This document shows, piece by piece, positions 7,687 to 14,407 of a stretch of 20,000 nt of DNA; the stretch's first letter is position 1, and each line of letters starts with the position of its first letter. Where the stretch lies: IMG/VR virus record IMGVR_UViG_3300045999_007835; one strand, written 5' to 3'. Source of the DNA: an uncultured virus (IMG/VR IMGVR_UViG_3300045999_007835). Taxonomy: Duplodnaviria; Heunggongvirae; Uroviricota; Caudoviricetes. The position numbers were made by a program, and so were the translations under genes. The notes beneath the pieces are model-generated. The model saw nothing but the letters and a program-made list of their open reading frames with translations. It did no database searches and had not been told where the DNA came from.

Positions 7687-8055
7687 TCAGCACTTCCCGC
7701 CGCCCATCATGCGGACCTGCGTGCCCTTGGTCTTGCCCTTCTTGGCAATACCGTCAGCAGCGCGCGTGTAGCCACCGGCAGAGTAGGCTTTACCGCCTTT
7801 CTTCATGCCCTTCATCTCGGCCATCTCGTGCTTGACCATCGACTTCGGAGCGCCCTTCTTTTTCATGAAGGCCAGCTCTTTACCCATCATCTTTTTCGAT
7901 TCTTTCATGTCACCACCTCGGTTAAAGTTGCGGCCTTTGTCGGCCTGCATGAATTCCTTGCCAACCTTTTGTGGGATGCCAAGGCGTTTAGAAGCTGCGG
8001 GGTCATTAGCGACCATCGCCATCAGATTGTGTTGAGCTTTGCTCTTGCTTGGCAT
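7687..8055 (-). CDS. Lys/Met-rich hypothetical protein
   Basis: 122 aa starting MPSKSKAQHNLMAMVA; GGAGG RBS; several xxxGG motifs. Confidence 0.75.
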   Translation of the reverse strand: MPSKSKAQHNLMAMVANDPAASKRLGIPQKVGKEFMQADKGRNFNRGGDMKESKKMMGKELAFMKKKGAPKSMVKHEMAEMKGMKKGGKAYSAGGYTRAADGIAKKGKTKGTQVRMMGGGKC

Positions 8056-8233
8056 TTGCCCTCCCAGTAAAACCTTTTACTGTGTCGGTTTCCCAGATTC
8101 GGATTGCAAACCATATTACGGTTAACACCCCGCCAATCAAACCAACAATAGGCGGAAACCATTGCATAAAACCAGCAACGCCCACAACAACGGCAGCGCC
8201 ATCAGCAGCGGTTTTGATTTCTTGTGCGTTCAT
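8006..8233 (-). CDS. Holin-like membrane protein
   Basis: Likely start at ATG 8233, 1 nt after the upstream stop, giving 75 aa. Hydrophobic segments AAVVVGVAGFMQWF and PIVGLIGGVLTVIWFAIRIW precede a charged tail. Holin function is inferred. Confidence 0.55.
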   Translation of the reverse strand: MNAQEIKTAADGAAVVVGVAGFMQWFPPIVGLIGGVLTVIWFAIRIWETDTVKGFTGRANAKQEQSSTQSDGDGR

Positions 8234-8234
8234 C

Positions 8235-8486
8235 TCAGCACTTCCACGCCCTGAGTGATTTGTTAATCCGGCTGTTTGGGTCATTCGCGGTCTTCTCGGA
8301 AGTCAGCTTCTTCTTCATACCGGTCATCCGGGCACAGAATGACTTCTTCCTTGCCCCACCTTCCGGCTGCGGGGCCTTGAGCCCCGGCTTCCCCGGATTG
8401 GCTTTGTTGTAGCTGGCGCGCCCTTTGGCATTCAAACCACCAGAGGGATTCTTGCCTTCTGAACGTTGCCACGCTGGCGTCTTCAT
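8235..8486 (-). CDS. Small basic phage protein, DUF6321-like
   Basis: 83 aa; PAWQR.EGKNP.GGLNAKGRASY...RKKSFCARM.GMKKKLTS.KTA.DP.SRINKSLRAW.C. Family name is from memory. Confidence 0.7.
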   Translation of the reverse strand: MKTPAWQRSEGKNPSGGLNAKGRASYNKANPGKPGLKAPQPEGGARKKSFCARMTGMKKKLTSEKTANDPNSRINKSLRAWKC

Positions 8487-8488
8487 GC

Positions 8489-9079
8489 TTACCCGCAGAT
8501 GATTGTGCAGAACGTAACGTTGGTCAACGTCACCACACAGTAGTCTTGGTTAGACCCCAGCGTCGTCAAGATACCCTCTGCTGCCATATACAGGCTATTA
8601 ACCGCAATGGCTGACGCAGGAGTATTTACCTGAAGCCGGAGCGCGCTAGCCAACCCGTTGGTGTTGAACTTAATAGAACCTGCACTAGCGGTTCCAACAA
8701 AGTACAAACCTTTGATACGGGTCCGGGGGAGAGCAAGACTGCCCGTCGTACCGATCTTGACGTTACCTGCCGACGCACCGCTGGCAACGATGGAGTCCAC
8801 GCGTGCCCAGTAGTTGGTCGAAGTTGCAGTCGTAGCATTGGGGCCCGTCACAACTTCAGAGGCTGAAGTGCACGTCAGATCACCAACCTTAATTCCAGTG
8901 ATCGTGAACGTAATACCGGAGTCATCCCCCGCAGACGTGATGATGACTTTGTACCCGTACCCATTCGGCCCGACAGTGTTGGTCAGCAGCGAAAGAGAAC
9001 CTGCATCTGCAATAGACGCATTCGCCCGATAATAGGCATCGTCCGTCGCAGGCGTTACTGCCCATACGTCATATTGCAT
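8489..9079 (-). CDS. Putative virion structural protein
   Basis: 196 aa, beta-rich and Thr/Ala/Gly-rich; GGAG RBS; lies in the late operon. Confidence 0.65.
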   Translation of the reverse strand: MQYDVWAVTPATDDAYYRANASIADAGSLSLLTNTVGPNGYGYKVIITSAGDDSGITFTITGIKVGDLTCTSASEVVTGPNATTATSTNYWARVDSIVASGASAGNVKIGTTGSLALPRTRIKGLYFVGTASAGSIKFNTNGLASALRLQVNTPASAIAVNSLYMAAEGILTTLGSNQDYCVVTLTNVTFCTIICG

Positions 9080-9091
9080 GACGGACTCCTA

Positions 9092-9616
9092 TTACTGGTC
9101 AGCAAAAGCAGGAGCAGTTGCACCAGTGACGCTACCCCACACCTGCCAGTTAGTTCCGTTAATCGCCAGAACGTTAATCTGCGCAGCGGCGGGGACGTTG
9201 ACCTGAAGCTTGCTATTAGAGTTCCCGTCCGAGAACACAACAGACGCAGCACCATCATCGGTATCGTTAAACGCAACACCACCAATAAAGTAATTGGTGT
9301 TCGACCCGGTGTTGATGATGAAGTCCGTAGCGTCAGCAGCGCCGCCGCCATACACGAACGTAAACATCAGACCTGCAACAGGAGCCGGGAGAGTATAGGT
9401 GTTGTCCTGAGTACCGTTGGGGACAATGTTGATCCGGCCAGCGTTAGCGGCGGCGGTCAGCGAAGCATTACCATCAGCCAGCGATACAGGGGCTGCAACT
9501 ACGCCAGAACTGGAGAATGCCGGACCGACTGTGACAGCACCGGTAGAAGAATTGACAGAGATGGTTTCAAAACCATTCTGCGATCGTACCGGGCCGTTGA
9601 AAGTGGTATTTGCCAT
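9092..9616 (-). CDS. Putative capsid-associated / head fibre protein
   Basis: 174 aa; MANTTFNGPVRSQNGF N-terminus and YTLPA motif typical of the gene after the capsid gene in such phages; GAGGA RBS. Confidence 0.7.
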   Translation of the reverse strand: MANTTFNGPVRSQNGFETISVNSSTGAVTVGPAFSSSGVVAAPVSLADGNASLTAAANAGRINIVPNGTQDNTYTLPAPVAGLMFTFVYGGGAADATDFIINTGSNTNYFIGGVAFNDTDDGAASVVFSDGNSNSKLQVNVPAAAQINVLAINGTNWQVWGSVTGATAPAFADQ

Positions 9617-9619
9617 GAT

Positions 9620-9696
9620 TCCTCACATGCGAGCAAGAGGCGCTGTCTGCATGTCGTCTGGCCGGGACCAGTCAGCACCCCGGATAACCCCGGAAT
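9620..9696 (-). ncRNA. Structured RNA with two potential pseudoknots; candidate Mu-gpT-DE motif
   Basis: Minus-strand pairings: a 9-bp stem GGGGUGCUG/CAGCGCCUC (9673-9681 with 9637-9645); an inner hairpin CUGG/CCAG whose loop UCCCGG matches CCGGGG (9688-9693); ACAUGC (9649-9654) matches GCAUGU (9625-9630). Located downstream of a gpT-like capsid gene. Confidence 0.6.
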
Positions 9697-9701
9697 GACT
9701 C

Positions 9702-9730
9702 TTTGTATCAGGTTGTGGGGAGGGTGTCAA
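9702..9730 (-). promoter_or_regulatory. Sigma70-type promoter for the structured RNA and downstream late genes
   Basis: TTGACA (9730-9725), 17-nt spacer, TACAAA (9707-9702) with a TGn extension; overlaps the 3' end of the endonuclease gene. Confidence 0.6.
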
Positions 9731-10457
9731 CATACTTGAAGCTCCACCCCATGCGCCGCCCCTTAGACAAAGGCTTTCCGGACTTCAACGCGCGGTTCAA
9801 CGTAGGCATCAACAGCTCAAGCGACTGCAGGGTCTCAGTCAGACTCCCATAGCGATGCACAACGCCCTGCGGGTCCGTAGCATCGATCTGCTTGCGCATC
9901 TTGAATTTGGCCTCTTCCGTGTGCGTACGGCCCGTCCAGTGGCTGTAATGCCCCGCCGCTGCAGCCGCCATGATCTTTGCGCGCCCTGCGTCTGAAATTT
10001 TGCGCCCCGGGCCTTTGGGTTTGCCACGCTGCGTGTTGCCAATTTTGCCCCGTACTTCTTCGGAAAGAGTTGTGCCGTACCGGTAGTGGTTGGCGCCAGC
10101 GTGCTTACCTTTGCGGCTCGTGCTGATTGCTTTTTTGGTCGCAGCACTTAGTACCTGACCGAGCCGGGGCGCAAACGCGTCTACGTTGATGTTGTAGCAA
10201 TCAGGCTGACCAACACATTTCATCAAGTACGTGTTCTCGATATCAAACGTGTGCCGACCCTCCGGCACCGTCTCTAAGATCTCAAATACAAACATTTCCG
10301 CACCGTACTTGTTCCACGCCGCCTGAAGGCGTGGGTTCTTGTGTTCGTTACGCTTCAATGCGTAAGTGTGTTGCCAACGTCGCCGCTCAAACGACTCGGC
10401 ACTGCCGACGTAATAATGATTATTTGCCATGTTGGTGATGCGATAGATGACTGCCAT
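9708..10457 (-). CDS. Free-standing GIY-YIG homing endonuclease with NUMOD3-like repeats
   Basis: Probable start ATG 10457 after GGAGG, giving 249 aa. VIYRITN...YYVGS...RR..QH and HKN..LQ.AWNKYG...F.FEILE, with conserved E and YN; NUMOD3-like GTTLSEEVRGKI and GRTHTEEAKFKM; HTH-like C-terminus. Confidence 0.88.
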   Translation of the reverse strand: MAVIYRITNMANNHYYVGSAESFERRRWQHTYALKRNEHKNPRLQAAWNKYGAEMFVFEILETVPEGRHTFDIENTYLMKCVGQPDCYNINVDAFAPRLGQVLSAATKKAISTSRKGKHAGANHYRYGTTLSEEVRGKIGNTQRGKPKGPGRKISDAGRAKIMAAAAAGHYSHWTGRTHTEEAKFKMRKQIDATDPQGVVHRYGSLTETLQSLELLMPTLNRALKSGKPLSKGRRMGWSFKYVDTLPTT

Positions 10458-10484
10458 TGCGACCTCCGTGGAGTAATGATCGGT

Positions 10485-10513
10485 ATTATGCCCCGGAAAG
10501 TTAAATAGGTCAA
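10485..10513 (-). promoter_or_regulatory. Sigma70-type promoter of the endonuclease gene
   Basis: TTGACC (10513-10508), 17-nt spacer, CATAAT (10490-10485), about 28 nt upstream of the ATG. Confidence 0.65.
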
Positions 10514-10542
10514 TTCGCGAGCTTTGTACCGCTAATAGGCAC

Positions 10543-10565
10543 AAAAAAGCCCTCCGAAGAGGGCT
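10543..10565 (-). terminator. Rho-independent terminator after the major capsid gene
   Basis: GCCCTC-TTCG-GAGGGC followed by TTTTTT on the minus strand; cUUCGg tetraloop. Confidence 0.88.
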
Positions 10566-10593
10566 CCAAACACTCGTAAGTGCTTGATTTTGC

Positions 10594-11505
10594 TTAGCTT
10601 GCGCCGGGCGAACCGTAGGCGCCGAGCGGGTCCGAGACGCCGAACGAATAGCGTTCGCGGGCCTTGTACCTAGCGTTCCCAGTGTCGAAGTCCGCATCCA
10701 TACCCGTCTGCATCGGGGTACGAACGAAGTGCTTCAGACCGTTGGGCACGTCGGTCAAAAGGAACCAAGCGTTGGTGTCGGTCAGGTAGTGGTTGATCGT
10801 GAACCCTTCAGGAATCGAGTTCATCGACTTCAGCGCGTTGACGTCGTTGTCAGCGGTCGCCACACGGAGTTCAGTCTCCAAGAGGCGGGTTGCAACGAAC
10901 TGCAACGCTGGAGGAACCACCAGCTTACGCGGCTTGGCGGCGATCAGCAGCCCACGCTCATCGGTCCAGCCAGCGATCTGGATAACGGCGGCTTCCAAAG
11001 AAGTCTCGTTCAGATCGGCAGCGGTTGACGGGCGGTTGCTGTTGGTGCCACCAGAGACCAGCGGATGAGCGGTCGAGAACAGGCTAACGCCGTCGCCGTA
11101 GGTCACGGCGGAGCTAAAGCCTTGGTTCAGGATCGCAGCCGCTTTGACCTGCTTGGTATACGCCATCGCGCGAGCAAGCGCTTTGGTGTACCGCGACGAC
11201 AGACTGTCGTACAGGTTGTCTTCCATCGCCTCTTCGGTGATGGAGAAGCCCATAGCAATCGTCTCGTGGTTGTACCGAGCAGTCCAAGCCTCTTGCGCGT
11301 TGTCGTACGCCAGAGCAGAGCCCTCGTTCTTGACCGGAGCAGCGCTGAAGCCGGAGAGCTTGGTCTCCTCTTCAAACGAACGCTCGGAGGTCTCGGTCTC
11401 GAAGAGCTCTTTGTGTTCTTCGCCGTACCGTTTGTACTCCAGACCGAACAGTGCGTTAAGCCCGGGCAGGAGTTCTTTAAGTAGCTGTGCGCGTGAAATA
11501 GCCAT
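10594..11505 (-). CDS. Major capsid protein, Mu gpT-like with HK97 fold
   Basis: 303 aa; MAISRAQL.KEL.PGLNALFG, KxEG, GFSITEEA.ED, GDGVSLFSTAHP, P.KLVVPP and RERYSFG..DP...YGS motifs; AAGGAG RBS; strong codon bias; followed by a terminator. Confidence 0.88.
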   Translation of the reverse strand: MAISRAQLLKELLPGLNALFGLEYKRYGEEHKELFETETSERSFEEETKLSGFSAAPVKNEGSALAYDNAQEAWTARYNHETIAMGFSITEEAMEDNLYDSLSSRYTKALARAMAYTKQVKAAAILNQGFSSAVTYGDGVSLFSTAHPLVSGGTNSNRPSTAADLNETSLEAAVIQIAGWTDERGLLIAAKPRKLVVPPALQFVATRLLETELRVATADNDVNALKSMNSIPEGFTINHYLTDTNAWFLLTDVPNGLKHFVRTPMQTGMDADFDTGNARYKARERYSFGVSDPLGAYGSPGAS

Positions 11506-11516
11506 GATTTAACTCC

Positions 11517-12356
11517 TTAGACGCCGGTACCGGTGTAATACGAGTGCGTGCCGAAGTTCAGTTTGATCAGAACTTCAGGGTACTGCGTAAACACAATGGT
11601 GGAGGCCGAGGGGATTGCAGTAACACTGCCGGGTACAGCAACAGCCGCATTGATCGTAACGGAAGTATCACCCGCAGCCGCAGCCGCCGATACAAACGAT
11701 CCCGTTTCAATCAATTGGCCGTTAGCAGCCAAATACGCCACATCCGTACCAACCGGAATAGCAGCAGGTAGGCCGCCGCCAGTCAAGGTGATGGTGGTGC
11801 TGCTGGACGAGCCGGTTGCGTTGGTCACGATGGCGGTTTCGGGAACCAAGCCAACCACACGAGCCGCCAAATCGATGGACGTGGTAGTGGCCGACCACAG
11901 CAGTGCAACGGCGGAATTGCCAGTGTTAATGCTGCCAGCGTTCTGGATCAGACCGTAGTTTCGCCCGACGCTAGGAATAGAGCCGGAAGCGATGGTCGTG
12001 CCCGAAGAACACATAACAACCTTAAACACCGTATCCGGATCGTCGCAAACGATGGCTTGAGCATCGCCCGCCAAGGTGCTAGCAGGCCAATACTGGCTGA
12101 ATTGCTTTTGCTTGGTCGTCGGATTGGTGTACGAACAGCCGAGGAATACACCGATAATCCCCGTTTGGGTCGAGTCGGTGGTGTCGGCATTTGCTACAAC
12201 AGTGCCGCGTGACAGATTAACCAGATCACCATAGAAGATGTTCGTGGCGTAACCGTACTGAATGGGCAGGTTACGGGTGGACCCCGCAAATACCTGACCG
12301 CCGATCAGATTGATCGGCTTTAGCCCGTAGGGCTTATCAACCGTGGGGTAAGCCAT
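11517..12356 (-). CDS. Putative capsid decoration / cement protein
   Basis: 279 aa immediately upstream of the capsid gene; PYGLKP, IFYGDLV, GVFLGC.YT and DDPD..F motifs; AGGAG RBS. Confidence 0.65.
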   Translation of the reverse strand: MAYPTVDKPYGLKPINLIGGQVFAGSTRNLPIQYGYATNIFYGDLVNLSRGTVVANADTTDSTQTGIIGVFLGCSYTNPTTKQKQFSQYWPASTLAGDAQAIVCDDPDTVFKVVMCSSGTTIASGSIPSVGRNYGLIQNAGSINTGNSAVALLWSATTTSIDLAARVVGLVPETAIVTNATGSSSSTTITLTGGGLPAAIPVGTDVAYLAANGQLIETGSFVSAAAAAGDTSVTINAAVAVPGSVTAIPSASTIVFTQYPEVLIKLNFGTHSYYTGTGV

Positions 12357-12370
12357 TTAAGACTCCTAAA

Positions 12371-12820
12371 TTATTGACCGCGTCCGAAGGTCACCTTGGA
12401 CTTACGCTCAGCAAAGAGCGGCATCCGAGGATCGTTCTGACGCATAAAGTTTTGATCAACCGACTGGATTTGAGCTTCGTTCTGGTCTTGGTAGTGCGCA
12501 GTACGATCCTCAACCATTTCGATCGGGGCTTTGCAAAGCATCAGCCCACCAATCACGATGTTGTCCTTGAAGCGCGCGTCTTCGACGTTCACAACATGGA
12601 CCTCAGGATGGTCGACTGCTTTGACGGGTTCCCAACCCTCTCGAAGTTTGAGAGAAACATTCATGGGATCAGCCTGCCCACGCGTGCTGATACGAACCCA
12701 ATGAAACGTGTAGCCGGGCTCCGGATTCGGATTTGGCAACACATCGGGACGATTCCACGCACGCTTGCGAGCGGTGCGTTCACGGGTCTCAAGTTCACGG
12801 TTAGCGCGGTTCTCAGCCAT
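12371..12820 (-). CDS. Conserved head-module protein of unknown function
   Basis: 149 aa; PGY.FHWVR, REGWEPV, GGLMLCK and DPRMP motifs; overlaps the upstream stop. Confidence 0.75.
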   Translation of the reverse strand: MAENRANRELETRERTARKRAWNRPDVLPNPNPEPGYTFHWVRISTRGQADPMNVSLKLREGWEPVKAVDHPEVHVVNVEDARFKDNIVIGGLMLCKAPIEMVEDRTAHYQDQNEAQIQSVDQNFMRQNDPRMPLFAERKSKVTFGRGQ

Positions 12821-13841
12821 TTTGTTGTTTCCTCATGTCTTCAGCAACCTGTCGGGCGTATTGCTCAGGCGTAAGCCCAAGCCGTTTTGCGAGTGCGACT
12901 GCGGATGCAGTAAGCACGATTTTTCGAGGAGCGGTGCTGCGGGATGCGGGTGCAACCACAGACGCTTTGCGCTGCTTTTCAGCAGGGGGAGGGGGATCAG
13001 AATCCGCCACATCGGCGTCAAACGCCTCTGGGAAGACCTGTCGCATACGAGTGTTGATACGCTCGTAGTAGGCATCGCTTTGAGGGTCTACACCCTCGCG
13101 GACCAACTTCTGGTGCAGCCCCAACGCAAGAGCGGTCATCTCGTCATCGGATCCAAACCAAGCATTGGCCTGTTGCCAAGCCGCAGCCTTGGTATCTACC
13201 GGTGGCGCAGGAGCGGATACGGGAGGTTGTACAGGAGTTTCAGGTTTTTGTAAAGGAGGCGGTTTCCAATTAGCAACGCGCTCCGCCCGGTTCTTAGCAG
13301 CGATGAGCGCTTCTTGGGCCGCCAAGACCTTATCCGAATCCCCAGACTCGTAGGCGTCCTTGTATGCGCGCTTAGCCTGTTCAAGCTCTGCAGTCGTCCG
13401 CGCTTTGGCCTGTGCCATGAGCGCTTCTTGACTCTTAGTCGACTCTTGCTTGAGGCGGTTGTTCTCCTCCTGCAGGCTCTGCGCGTACCGAATGGCTTCT
13501 TCACGCTCACGCTGTGCGGCTTCCGCACGCCTGCGCTCATCGTGGTAGCCCTTGGCAAAGTGCTTGATGCGCTTCTGGACTTTCTCCGAGTACTCACCAA
13601 GCTCGTCGTCAGTTACTTCTGACGGCGGCTCAGAGGGCTTGCGATTACGGTCTTTCGGAGGCGTATCGTCCTTAATCTCAATCTGGATGTCGGACGCGGC
13701 GTCGTCCGCCTTTGCCGGCGTGCGCTCTAACTTCGGCGGCTTCTCCGTGATGTCCGTTACGTCAGTCGCCGGCTCGACCTCGATCTCTTTCGAGACCTTC
13801 TCAGGGTCCGGAAACTCAAATTCAACTTTTTGCATAGGCAT
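12813..13841 (-). CDS. Scaffolding-like protein
   Basis: 342 aa; acidic N-terminus, long coiled coil, N.WFG.D.EMT and a C-terminal LT.....LAKRLGLT.EQYA helix; lies between portal and capsid genes. Confidence 0.7.
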   Translation of the reverse strand: MPMQKVEFEFPDPEKVSKEIEVEPATDVTDITEKPPKLERTPAKADDAASDIQIEIKDDTPPKDRNRKPSEPPSEVTDDELGEYSEKVQKRIKHFAKGYHDERRRAEAAQREREEAIRYAQSLQEENNRLKQESTKSQEALMAQAKARTTAELEQAKRAYKDAYESGDSDKVLAAQEALIAAKNRAERVANWKPPPLQKPETPVQPPVSAPAPPVDTKAAAWQQANAWFGSDDEMTALALGLHQKLVREGVDPQSDAYYERINTRMRQVFPEAFDADVADSDPPPPAEKQRKASVVAPASRSTAPRKIVLTASAVALAKRLGLTPEQYARQVAEDMRKQQNG

Positions 13842-13851
13842 GGTGGGCTCC

Positions 13852-14217
13852 TTAGGCTCGCGTTACGCCGCGCGGGTCCGGCACAACCGCTTCAATCGAG
13901 TCATCGTTTAGCAGCCGATACTCTTGGTTGTTCACCTTGAAACGTGTGCCCGAGTTGGGGCGGAACATCACAAAGTCACCGACCTTGCACCACGGACCCG
14001 TGGGGAAGCGATCTTTGTCGGAATACGCTTGGTCCCCCATGTCGATCACGGCACCCATCATGGAGAGAACTACTTCTGCATGTCGGGTTTGCTCTGCCTT
14101 CATGAGCCCAGAGTCGTATGCTTCTTCTACCTTGGGTAGAGCAATGAGGATTCGGTAACCTACCGGTTTGGGAAGTTGAGCCTCAAATTCCTCATCAGTT
14201 AGCTGATGATCAGTCAT
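13852..14217 (-). CDS. groES: GroES-like co-chaperonin
   Basis: Likely start ATG 14217, giving 121 aa. PKPVGYRILI, a mobile-loop-like SGL segment, KVGDFVMF..NSG and YRLLNDDSIEAVV fit the Cpn10 pattern. Confidence 0.8.
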   Translation of the reverse strand: MTDHQLTDEEFEAQLPKPVGYRILIALPKVEEAYDSGLMKAEQTRHAEVVLSMMGAVIDMGDQAYSDKDRFPTGPWCKVGDFVMFRPNSGTRFKVNNQEYRLLNDDSIEAVVPDPRGVTRA

Positions 14218-14407
14218 CGTCTTGTTCCATATATTGCTGCGCAAGGTCAAGGATTTCACGCTTTGCGGTCTCTAGACCTCGAATCAAGCCGCAAAGATCT
14301 CTGTACTCCGCGTAGTCTTTAGCTGCGCCAGAGGCCAATGAATCTGCAACCGCCGCAATGTGGGCGGTGATCTTTTCAACCAGCACGTCATAGACGGTCT
14401 TAGCCAT
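14210..14407 (-). CDS. Small conserved helical phage protein
   Basis: 65 aa; L..G.AKDYAEYR...G.IRGL motif; starts directly after the portal stop codon. Confidence 0.75.
   Translation of the reverse strand: MAKTVYDVLVEKITAHIAAVADSLASGAAKDYAEYRDLCGLIRGLETAKREILDLAQQYMEQDDD

Noticed and set aside
10461..10475. Hairpin sequestering the endonuclease RBS (CTCCACGGAG)
   Set aside because: Only 3 bp can form with a viable loop, which is too weak to claim.
9620..10593. Group I intron housing the endonuclease
   Set aside because: Both flanking genes are intact and the non-coding flanks are too short for an intron core.
10458..10697. 80-aa N-terminal extension of the endonuclease, or a capsid-endonuclease frameshift fusion
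   Set aside because: The extension crosses a strong terminator, the promoter and RBS point to ATG 10457, and no slippery site is evident.
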